A stretch of DNA of 64,000 nucleotides, from assembly GCA_964199315.1 (NCBI GenBank), contig OZ116699.1:29636001-29700000 (forward strand), in the 5' to 3' direction. Made by a program: the position numbers and the translations under genes. This DNA is from Orbicella franksi (taxonomy: Eukaryota). A model generated the notes under the pieces. That model did no database searches, was not told the origin of the DNA, and saw nothing but the letters and a program-made list of their open reading frames with translations. Positions 42,240-53,300 of the stretch are shown here, in pieces (position 1 is the stretch's first letter; every line of letters begins with the position of its first letter).

Positions 42240-44074
42240 ATTCAAGTTTAAGGCAATTCACAGTGTACTCAAGTCCCCCAACTTATTAAGTGGTGTGAAC
42301 GAGTTTGGGTAGCCAATCTTCTTTTCGAACCTCGATGTGAACACAAAGAGATGTGTCTTTTAATTTTTTTTATTCCCGTCTCCCGCTAAAGGTTTGAAGC
42401 TGCCTCACAAACTGCTGAATGCCCGGCTTTGTTTTAACTCGCTCAATATATAGCTGTTTATTCAAGGACATGCAGCCTGTCTTTCAAAGCCCTGCACGCT
42501 GTTAATGTGAATTTTTAGTTAGTTACGTCAATGCTACTGATTCTTCCGCAGTACGAATTAGCATTTGTTACTGAGTCTATTTTTGGCATCACGTTTATGT
42601 TCGGTGGTGTTGTAAAGTAGCTTAGAGTTTAACAAATGAAGAGAAGCGAGAATTGTTTAAGAAAAATATTGCTACCTAGAATTCTGCCGTCTGTTTGGAT
42701 CATATTTCTCAACTGAAATGTAAACATTGGAAGAATTTTATGCCTAATTTTAATATCGAACATTTTTGTCCGGTCCGAAACGTTTCAAAATTGCCAATAT
42801 TGAATATTACATTGCCCAACGAATCTCTGTTAACATGCCGCTTTTACGCGGGTTACTAATAACACCAAATTGATCTCGCCCCTGTTTTATTATTATTTTT
42901 ATTAATTTTCTCTCCAGCCGTCCATATATTTATATCACAGATAAAATTACAGGACCATTATACGGACAAACAAGATATTTCGCAACCAATGCAAGGCTGG
43001 ATTTTTGAAAAGTAGGAAAAACGATGTAATATGTTAGCACGCTGTATTCCGTGCTCTCTAAAATTGATTTTGACTGGAAAAAATATCTAGCTTAGAACGG
43101 CCGAATGACAAGACAGACACTGAGACAAGAGACAGCTTGTTGTCTAAATGGTCGTTTCTTTTCTGAATCCATTGTTTTTACAAGACAAAATAATTATGAA
43201 ATTTGTCTGTTTAATCAACTACTAGTAGTGTGAGCTAATGGATATTTGAATTTGCAAGGACAAATGTTCACTTTAGGGATATAAAACATCCTGTAATGGC
43301 GTGGATTAGCATACCAATTGAAAATATAAATATACCTTTGCCTCGTTATTAAAAAAAAGAAAAACAAACGTAAACACTTGATATCCTTCTTTCTTCGCTT
43401 TACAAAGTACGAAGCACTAAAAGATTAAGTTCAATGGTCGAATTTCCATATGTCAGAATATCTGTTAAAATATATCGATCACAGTTCCAAACATTATCTT
43501 TCTTTTTTACTAAATTTGGTATTGCCAATAGGACTTCTCTCTTCTGTTTAGGAGAAACCGAAGTTTGGTGCAAATTAAGCGACCATCACGACACATGGCG
43601 TGTTCGCAGGCGTTTTCTCTCGTTTCGCAATAAGTGAAATTAAGTATTCCATATACGCGTTAAATTAAATTAAAATGACAAGAGTGTAGATTGCGTGGTT
43701 TACCCACGGTCAACTTCCCAAGTCAGGTCAAAAAAAGAGAAACTAAGAAATAAGAATAAAACTATCTTTTAACATATAAGCCATAGAAATTGTCTGGATC
43801 AAATTAATCATTTGGCAGCGGTTCACCGCGGCATTTCATTTCATTTTACTGATAATTTCTTATTACTTTCCCTTCAAGTTTAAAATGATTTCCAAAAAAA
43901 CGATAATAAAAGGGTCTTGCACATGAACTTGACCGTCTCAATGCCAGCTCAGGTGCTTCTCTCAAGTTCAGGAAGTTCAGTGAAACATCATGGAGAAACG
44001 AAACGGAGGTGGAAACCGTTGCAAAACTCTGAGAAACATCTTCAAGTCAAATCATATTGCTCTCAATTTGGGCA

Positions 44075-44077
<3 letters not shown>

Positions 44078-44113
<36 letters not shown>
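44078..44113. repeat. (CA)n microsatellite
   Basis: Direct reading. Confidence 0.95.
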
Positions 44114-44115
<2 letters not shown>

Positions 44116-44502
44116 TATATCAATTGGAATCCAATTGGTATCCTATAAAGAGCTGTTTTTATATATAGGGAGAAAAGAGAGATGCACTGAATGAGAGAAA
44201 TTAAAAAATATGGATGTGATTAGAAAGGATGAAGAGAACAGCACATACATACATAATCTTTATTTTAAACAGGGTAAAAAGTTTGTCAGCTAATACATTT
44301 AATGTCTAATCACGGTCTAATATAATAAAAATAATTCAACAAAAAAGCTGCTTTCCACGAATGCTGTGCCTTAGTCATCTCCTTTGAGTAGGCGTTTAAA
44401 TTGCCTCAGGGACTCTGCTTCCGCCGGCTTAAGTTGCAAGGAAAACTGTTCCAAAGAATGGCGCCACAATAAGTAATTAACAAATGGTAAACGCAATAGC
44501 GT

Positions 44503-44630
44503 GTACTATTGAGTTATGGATGCACGCGGAAGGTTGCTAAGCACGAAAGAAGCGTAAGAGTCGCACGAGGCGATAGCCTCGTGCGACTCTAGCTTCTTGA
44601 GTGCTTAGCAAACCTTCCAAGTGGGCAAAT
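44503..44630. repeat. Hairpin-type interspersed repeat, same family as 2400-2547
   Basis: gagttatggatgcacgcggaaggttgctaagcac...gtgcttagcaaaccttcc inverted arms. Confidence 0.6.
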
Positions 44631-47179
44631 AGTAGACGCTAAATTAACCAATCAGAGCGCGCGCTTTGCTTTAGTTATGTTATAAAGCTATTTTTGTAAT
44701 GGTTTGTGCGCGGTAATGTAGTGCAGTTTGAGAAATATTATGTTACCGAGATTCATATATCTTATGCGTCTATGTGGGCCACTTAGTGCTATAAAAAGCT
44801 GTTACTTGATCTCAAACTAATATAAATTGCTTTTTACGTGGGCATAAAGCTGATCCATTATCAAAGTAAGGCTGCCGATGAAATCACGAGGCATCTAATT
44901 TACTGGAGTAAAATCTCATTCCGCTATAAAGTTACAACATATCGTGTTGTTAAGACCGAATGAGCGGACAACAATTCATATTGAAACAGGTTAATCCACA
45001 TTTATGCAGTCTGTAGAGATTCTTGAATTGAGTAAACCACTGGAAAAGAATTTGTTTTTTTTGTGCGTCATCGACTTTTAAAATAAAAAGTGAAAAAAGA
45101 AAAGAGAAAACAAAATTAATAAACGTATTATAGCTTAGCCTGTGCGTTGGTAGGTAGCGTTATCTATATATAAAGAGAATTAATTTGCGAACCATTCATG
45201 GGCCAACCTTGAGAGCAGAAAAACGTACTGCGCAGCTTTCTGCGCATCCCAATTCCCCACTTGCGGGCGCAGGTAATAATGAAGTGAAGTGAAAGTGAAA
45301 GTGAAAGACTTTATTTAATGAGGGTGACCCGTGACAGTAACTTAAGTTACCGATAAACTTGGGGCCCTCAGCTTAAAATAATTAGAATGCTAAAATGGCA
45401 TTCTGCAATGGTGGAAAAAACGGCGGATTGACTGTAATAAGGTGCGCGAGTGTGTCGTTCGGTTGATATATTTATACTTGGGCAAGCATGAATTTTTTCG
45501 GCATTTCACTGTTAAGAAAACAAGGCTCCCCCTGCTTGCTAAGAGGCTCTGTTGCTTATATATTTAGTGGTTTGCTTGTATGGATGCAGTATGTACGTAA
45601 AGAGTGTTTGTAGAAAAAATTTGTGTTCGCACCAAACTTTCTGGTACACTTTTGGGAAATGAAGGGCTCGGAAACCTTCTTTAGGTTCCCTTTGTCCAAA
45701 AAAAAGGCATTGATTCTTCACAATTATGGCTCCTGTTCTTCACGAAAACAATACACCAGCTTTCCATTAGTAACGTTAAGATGTTGCTGCTTACCGGGAA
45801 AATTGGGAAAGCATAAAAAATTCGTACTTTTTTTTGTTTTCACGATCGACGAAATTCTCACCATTTTTTTTAAACTTGGAGCTTGGTGCGTTGTCAAAAC
45901 TCGCGCATGCTTATTATGTTTTCCGCTATGAAGGGCCAGCCTTGTTTCCGGGGATTTTCCCTGAAAAATGTGTACGTAAAAAAACCCTGGGAACGAGCTG
46001 AAGTTATTTATGTGTTTCTGTGCCACTATTTTTTGTGTGGCGTTGAAGCCGTTAGCTCTATACTTACTTGTTTGGATCTCCAGATAAATCTTTATTTACA
46101 AACATTCAGTTTATTTATTACCACTGAATTCGTGACCTCGGCGTTAATAAGTGCTATCTGCTAACCGTTAAGATGCTAATTTTTAGTTCAATTAAACTGT
46201 TTAGCGTTATTTATCTTTGTCAGATCGCTGTTAGTAAATTGCTGCATGCGCAGCTGCTTTGACCGAGTTGAATTAGGCAGGAAGGGGAGGAAGAGGAGCG
46301 GGGGAGAGGAGAGTTTTAACACTGAAACGAACAGATGGAACATGAAACTGTGATTAGAAACTAAAAAAAAAAAACATTTCGACATCCTTTCTGAACGACT
46401 GGTAATGCTCTTCAATGTGAAAACTGTAAAGTTTTGACAAATTCCCACAGCAACACTTGCTCCGACTTGAGCTTAACAATATTTTGCCACAGCCAGAAAC
46501 AATTAAAATCCAAAAGGAATGAATTCATAGAAACAGTGTACCCGCTGGTTTAAGCCAGTGAAATTATAGCCATTTGCATGTTCACCGAGGCCTCGAGTTG
46601 AAAAGTAATTATTCTTATATAGTAATAAAATTTGCTTCGTGTCTGTTTGCCTTGCTATTAGCTTGAAGGACTTTGTTGACTAGTGAAGTTGTTTTTATTA
46701 ACCTTTCCAGAGTGCCAAAATGCTATCAGATGAGTGAGCTTCCCCTCCGGAAAGTAATTTCAGGTTTTGTATCTCGTGCTGACATCTGACGGAGCAAAGT
46801 AATGAAAAGATATCTTTAAAAAAGTCTTTTGTTTAAATAACAAAAACAGATAAGAAGATCAGGGATGTTTTTCGGCACGTCTATCAACAAAGTTTCGAAA
46901 CCATGCTTTAAATAAGGCGGTTGGTAATGTCGAAAAATAAAAACTGACCGGAAGAGAAGGAGTCTGTTCGGGAAACTTAGTTATGTTATATCTCAAACTC
47001 TCCTTCGTATACTCAGAGAATCTTATCAACTTGATCATTTTTATGCCCTCACCTGCCAGTATTGAATACTCTAGCACGAACATGTATCCAAGTTCAGAAT
47101 ACATTTGAGTGTTTTGGTTTCCGTGCAATGAAGGAAAGTGGTAAGGGAGAGAGAAGGGGGGTGGGCAGGGAGAGAGATT

Positions 47180-47360
47180 GCACCTGATGGATATGTGTTT
47201 GGTGGTCCCAGATTCAACTCCTCCACGCTTTGTAAATAGCCAACGGGTCAGCCTCCCGCCAGTTGGGGTTTTTAACAAGTTTCTGTTTAATTTACAATAT
47301 TTGTTTGCTTATTTCAGTGTCCACAATTAGTAAAGCAGTGTTAAACACTTCTACTTAAAT
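47180..47360. repeat. Interspersed repeat fragment (SINE-tail-like)
   Basis: gtggtcccagattcaactcctccacgctttgtaaatagccaac...cctcccgccagttggg resembles an anthozoan repeat (from memory, not searched). Confidence 0.35.
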
Positions 47361-47820
47361 AGAGAGAGTGGCTTTATTTTTTATTTATTTACTTAGAGGC
47401 TTGAAAGAGAAAGAGGGGAGGGGCTTATTCCCAATGACACATTATTGAAATGAACCTTTGCAAAATTTATTACACGACTAACTAAACCATGGTGATTGTA
47501 ATGGATTCTGTACCACTATTTTCCTAAAAGCAACATCATTTATATCCTAACGTACAATGATTTGTCAGGACCTTACAACGTTTTATTCAAACTGGCCCTC
47601 CGGGATTACGGCAAGTAGTTTCCGGTCACGTTAGAGCAAAAATCATAATGCGCGTCAAAATCTAGTTTTGTATAATTCGCTTTCGAGTGTTGGGAACTTT
47701 CTCAGTCAGTTCGAAACTATCGGACTTACCACAGCTACAGGTTCAACCCAAGCACTTGGTAAAGATTTGTTCCCATAACTGCGTAACCTTCACTCGGTTG
47801 GATTCAAAATTCAGCAAGAA

Positions 47821-48999
47821 ATGAACAAAAGCCGAAACGATTCTTTCAATGTAAGCGGCCACACAATGGATGGAGACCATCCCGAAGATTCTCAAGTCTC
47901 TAAGGAACAGATCACCAAAGTTGCTGCATACGCAACTATCATGTTGTTGTCTTTATGTGGAAACACACTTGTCCTTATCGTCGTCAAGAAGAACATCGGA
48001 GGCAGAATGCACTCCGCACGCAATTACCTTCTAACGAGCTTGGCCGTCATAGATTTAGTCCTTACAGTGGGTAGCATGCCAGAAAGACTCGTAAGAGCAT
48101 TGACAAATGATGTGTGGCTCATTGAAGGCGCTATGGGAGTAACGCTGTGTAAAGCGACAAACTTTTTTGAAAAGCTGTCGTTCAATGTTTCTACTCTCAG
48201 CTTGGTTCTCATTGCCGTGGATCGGTTTTTGGCGGTGATGTTCCCTCATCAAAAATACTTTACAAACCGCAGGGCCTTCGCAGCCATTGGCCTGATATGG
48301 CTTCTATCAGCCGTTTATTGGTCTCCAATACTTTATTATGGCGGCCTGTTACAAGAAGATGGCAAAACCCTTTGCAAAGTGCGACGATTCTTCTCGAAAT
48401 GGAAAGTGTGGTACTTGCTGTTTCTGGTGCAACTTCTGCTTTCCCTTGTTCTAGTTGTTATACTCTACATTTCAATTTGCTACAAACTATGGCGGCACCA
48501 TTCTAAAAATAAAATCGGAGCAAGACCTTCATTTAATTCAAACCGCGCTGCGCGAGATTTAAAAATTAACCGAAAGGTCCTTAAAATGGTAGCGGTTGTT
48601 TTAATTGCGTTTTACATCTGTTTCCTCCCGTACTGGATTGGTTGGGTCTTCTGCTCATATTATTACTCAGAATTTGTTTGTGACGACACCTTCATCTTCG
48701 CTGCCATTTATCTATCTTATGCTAATAGTAGCTTAAATCCATTCATATATTGTATTTTTAGCGAGAGCTTTCGCCGAGCTTTTAAACAGGTCATCCAAGA
48801 GACATGTCCTTGGTCTGTATGTTCCCGAAAGACTGAGCCGGTTGATCCGGGCTTGCCACCGCCGAGAATGCCCATTAACATGCTCGTTGAAATGTCGGTG
48901 CACTCCGTCGAGAAGACTGAAGGCCAAGATGAGATTGAATCAAAAGAAGAAAGCCGTGAGAATGAAAAGTGGGGAAGTTGCCATGACCAAAAGCTCTAA
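47821..48999 (+). CDS. Class A GPCR, more distant paralogue of the two minus-strand receptors (392 aa), intronless
   Basis: GN in TM1, GSMPER in TM2, LCKATNFFEKL, AVDRF, FLPYWIGWVFCSYY, NSSLNPFIY. Confidence 0.93.
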   Translation: MNKSRNDSFNVSGHTMDGDHPEDSQVSKEQITKVAAYATIMLLSLCGNTLVLIVVKKNIGGRMHSARNYLLTSLAVIDLVLTVGSMPERLVRALTNDVWLIEGAMGVTLCKATNFFEKLSFNVSTLSLVLIAVDRFLAVMFPHQKYFTNRRAFAAIGLIWLLSAVYWSPILYYGGLLQEDGKTLCKVRRFFSKWKVWYLLFLVQLLLSLVLVVILYISICYKLWRHHSKNKIGARPSFNSNRAARDLKINRKVLKMVAVVLIAFYICFLPYWIGWVFCSYYYSEFVCDDTFIFAAIYLSYANSSLNPFIYCIFSESFRRAFKQVIQETCPWSVCSRKTEPVDPGLPPPRMPINMLVEMSVHSVEKTEGQDEIESKEESRENEKWGSCHDQKL

Positions 49000-50341
49000 A
49001 CACTCAGGAAACTCTCTCAATTTCTCTTCGAATTATGCAGTCTAAGAAAGATTATTTTCATTGTTTCCACACGTGATATCCCATGATAAGAAGTGTATGA
49101 TTTAGAAGTATTTTCTTAAGCCTGTGATGATTTTGATTATATACCCTTACAGTCTTCTCAATCTAACAGTCTGTTTCTCGCAAACGAATAAAATAACGCA
49201 ATCGTCCAGTAATTAACTGCTTCACGCAGAGAGTCGTTGCTCTCTTATTGTCACAGGGGACCCTCACAAAAAATTATAGTACGATTCAGGGTTTAAATAA
49301 AGTACTGACTGTGCACGCGGTCGTGTGATGGGTTCCGCTGGAGTCGAAAAATGGCCGAGAGAATTCGAAAATTGTCGGGGCTAGCTCCAAACCTTCTAGG
49401 TTCCAGACCTCGAACCAGATGGTCGCGTTTCAACTCTACCGCAGGTACTATCTCCTTAAACAGGCTTTTATTTAGTTTACTTTTCTTTAATAACTAGCAA
49501 TATTTTAAATTACAGTAGATTATCTGTATACATAGTCTTTCGTAATAAGTTGTAGCTTTTATATTAAATTGTTAATGCCTGATGTATTTACCGTGTTCGT
49601 AAATAAAGATGATGATGATGATGATGTGCAGTGTCCCTCTTAAACCAAAATATAAAATGGGGAGTGGGGGGTGGGTGTTGCGGGGTGGGGGTGGGGGTGG
49701 AGGAGAGATTTGAACATCGGAATAAACTCTGGAAGCGTTGTTACTTTAGCCATAGTACAGAGTTAACATCACACACTCACACACTCATGCTCATCGGGCC
49801 CGTGAGGACTGTTGAGGCACAACAAGGTATAAAACCAACCTCGAACTTCAAACACTTTTTCCGCATACAGATCACCTCAAAAGTGAACGTTTCTTTTGTT
49901 ACTGGCGACCATCGATTATCAAAATTCCCGGTGATTCTACCTCAAAAACGAAGGCCTTGTTCTTTCGCCCCTGTTCTCTGTTGTGAGAACCTGGGGTTCT
50001 CTGATCTTCTCTCAGTCTGCTTGCCAAGTTTCAATCTGATTGGGCAGCAAAAAAAACAGAAGGGAAACAAGCCAAGGCTAGATCTTTTCAAAAAAGCTCA
50101 AAGGCACTTAAAACACAAACAAGCAAACGAAGGCCGAGGCGCAAGCGAATGAATAATGACAACCGAAAACGGACTGGACTCTATTAGATAGTTTCCAGAT
50201 CCTTTTCTGCTGGTGGACGAAGACAGAGCGTGGCTACACAGCACTACCTCGTTCGCATGTACCTGGTAAACATGGCGGAACGAAGGGTGAAGTTGTTGTC
50301 GCTGTCTTTAAATCAAATACGATGAAAATTAGGGATGCCAG

Positions 50342-53300
50342 ATGGCAGCTGCGGTTAATTCAAATGCAAGTTTAGAACGTGAGCAACAAGGGCAAGATGT
50401 TTTTCAGGGTGCTGAGCCTGGAGCCGGGTATGTTTTGTCATTTCAAGGCTTCTTATTACACAAACACAGTTTTGATTTGAATCCGTGCTTAATGCAAGCT
50501 TTAATATTAAGCTTGCTATTATTTATTTAAAGCCTAATTACATTACACTTTTCTAAACTATAAACAATGTCGAAGTGAATGGAAACTCTTTGAAATTAAT
50601 GGAAAGTGGCAGAATGCAGCGAAAACAAAGTGAAATCTCTGCATCATTTCATTTAATACGCTTAAACCTTAGATTAAGCTCGAGCTTTATTCATATTACG
50701 TTAGCACTGTATGTGTATATTTATATATTTGTATATTTGTATAGTCATAGGATGTTTGTGCGGCTAATTTTTATTCGAAAAATGCCAACTGAATTTGAGA
50801 GTAAAAAGGTAAGGTGTGCAAGAGGTATTGTCATACACTGCTGGAGCTTATTCTAACAGTGTTGTATGATGTAATGAGGAGTGTAAATAGGATGCTCTTT
50901 TATCGTAGGCTGTCACCATGCTAGAATTTTGTAAGGTTGTGCTAAAGTTTGTGCCAACTATTTATACTACTGGGAGGAGAGAAGAATACCCTGGGAGACA
51001 GATATTCCCTTTTCTCCCTGCTCAGCAAGAGATGTGTGGGAACCTCTGCTCATAAATTTTCAATTGTTTAATCAGGTTGAATTTCCAAAGGGGGAAGAGG
51101 AAGAGAATGGCTTGAACTAAAAAAGCCCTTTGTAAGGATATGTTTTGGAGCGACAATTTGTTATATGATTTGGAAAGACCACTATGTGAATTAACAATGC
51201 TATTTTAATACTGCTTGGCTTTACAGATCAGTTGACCATGAACCACTCCTGTATGTGCAGTCTGATGAAGAACTTGATGTTTCTGTGGATGAAATCTGTA
51301 CTGATCCTGAATCCAGAACATCTGCTCATTCAGATGCAAGCCTAGCTTCTGGACTCATTTCCAATTTAAGCAGTCATGGATCTCCAGAGGGAGCAATATT
51401 TGACGTCCCTGGTGGTATGCCCAAAGTTGGAACTCCTGATCAGGATGAAAATTTCCATGAAACTTCTTATACCGTACAGACAGAGGCGACAGGTGATGTG
51501 GATGGTCCAGTTGAGATGAAAATGAGTCTACTGAATGTTGAAGATGAACAAGAAGGTAACAGCCTGAGTTTCTATTTTCTCTGTGTAATGTCTATGCCAA
51601 AATTACCTAAACAAGAGTTAAATTGCAATAGTCTTATAGTACAACTTAAGTCTGCATTGGGCCCAGTGGTCCATACAGTATGCCCAGAACGTATCACAGT
51701 TTCTGTACATTTAGCATGAAGTATTTCTATGCTACTCCCCCTGGATGGGACGCTAGTCCATCAAAGGGTTATCCTCCAGCATTAAATTCACCTGTACTCA
51801 GTTATACATGTACTCTTGGGTGGAGAGAGGCACTGTGAGTAAAGTGTTTTGTCCAAGAACACAATCTATTGACTGAACCCAGACTGCTTGATCTGGAGTC
51901 CAGCATGCTAACCATTAGGCCACAGAGCCTCTCAGTCTACAAGAAATGACATGTATATATTGTAGGTCAAAATGAAATTCAGGTTAAAATAATTTTAACC
52001 TAGTTTGATTCTCAATTTCCTTTGTTTAGAGAATCAAACTAGGTTACAGCGCTCCCAGCTGCGACCATTTTGGTCGCCATGGCGAGTGAAGAAAATATTT
52101 GGCGACTAAAATTTGGACAAAAGTTGCCAATTGGCGACCAACAGATTATAAAAGAAACTTACTTGGAAAATTAATCGATGTTTGGTCGAATTATCAAAAG
52201 TAAAAACGACGGTATCTCCAGTCTTTCTCCTTCTCGTCATTCTGCTACTCGATACGAATGCGTAAACCCAAAATGAGCGTAAACTGGGAAGAAGCCAAAC
52301 AAAGCTTGGTAAATCCATACAGGCTTATGGTAGTTTATAGTGGTTATCTCTTGTATAAAGCCAGAAGATGGATGAAGATGTAGACATGCGATTGTGGATG
52401 TAGGTTGCGTTAGTCTTAAATGAATGACTACTTATCGATACTTAGTGTGATCAAGTCGAAATGATTGAAGGTAAATTTCATTTCACATAGTGCAGCATTT
52501 TGATACAAACGGTCTGACTAATTATATGTTACGCAATTAAGGAATGTATGGAAATAGGATTGATCGAGTCAAGTCCAAATAAGCGTAAATCTACCTCAGT
52601 TGTTTACGTGGTGGTCATCTCTGCAGCTCAAAATGGCAATTTGATCGATTTAAAAGGTTTTGCGTACCATTGGCGATTTGTTACCCGGTCTCAGCTGCTT
52701 TGTAATAAATCATTTCTGCTACCAGACATCCGAGTCTCTTCCTTCGCTTTGTCTTGCCCGTTATTACAATCTTTTAATTGGCAAGCGAGTAAACGTAACA
52801 ATTCGGCAAAGGAAAGTGCTGCAAATGGGCCGCTCGGTGTAGTAGACATTCATGCAACATACACGAAGTGTCCGCCCCTGGATATTACGTTTTTTTTTTT
52901 TTTTTGGCGACCAAATTTTTTTTTTATGGCAGCCATTTTATGATCGAAGGTCATCGAAAGGCGACTTTTTGAAAAAGTGAGCTTGGAGCGCTGGGTTAAA
53001 TTCATTTTAACCTGAATTTCATTTTCACCTACAACATATACGTTGTGGTTTAAATTTGATTTTAATTTGATTTTAAGTGTTGAAAAAAAAAATGTTATTT
53101 TTGTAATCTAAAAACAAGGGATGTTATTTTCAGCAGCTGTAACTTTACATACATGTAATCTATAAGCAATTCAACACAACCCTGATTTAATAACAAACAT
53201 GACTGTAATCAGTTGCTCCTGAAAATAACTACCCCTTCACCTGACAAAAGATTTTTTGTTGGAGTTTGGATCCCATCCCAAGATTCACTTTTTTAAATTA

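Noticed and set aside
49631-50152. 173-aa ORF upstream of MON1
   Set aside because: Starts at GTG, runs through a G-rich low-complexity tract, and has no recognisable domain.
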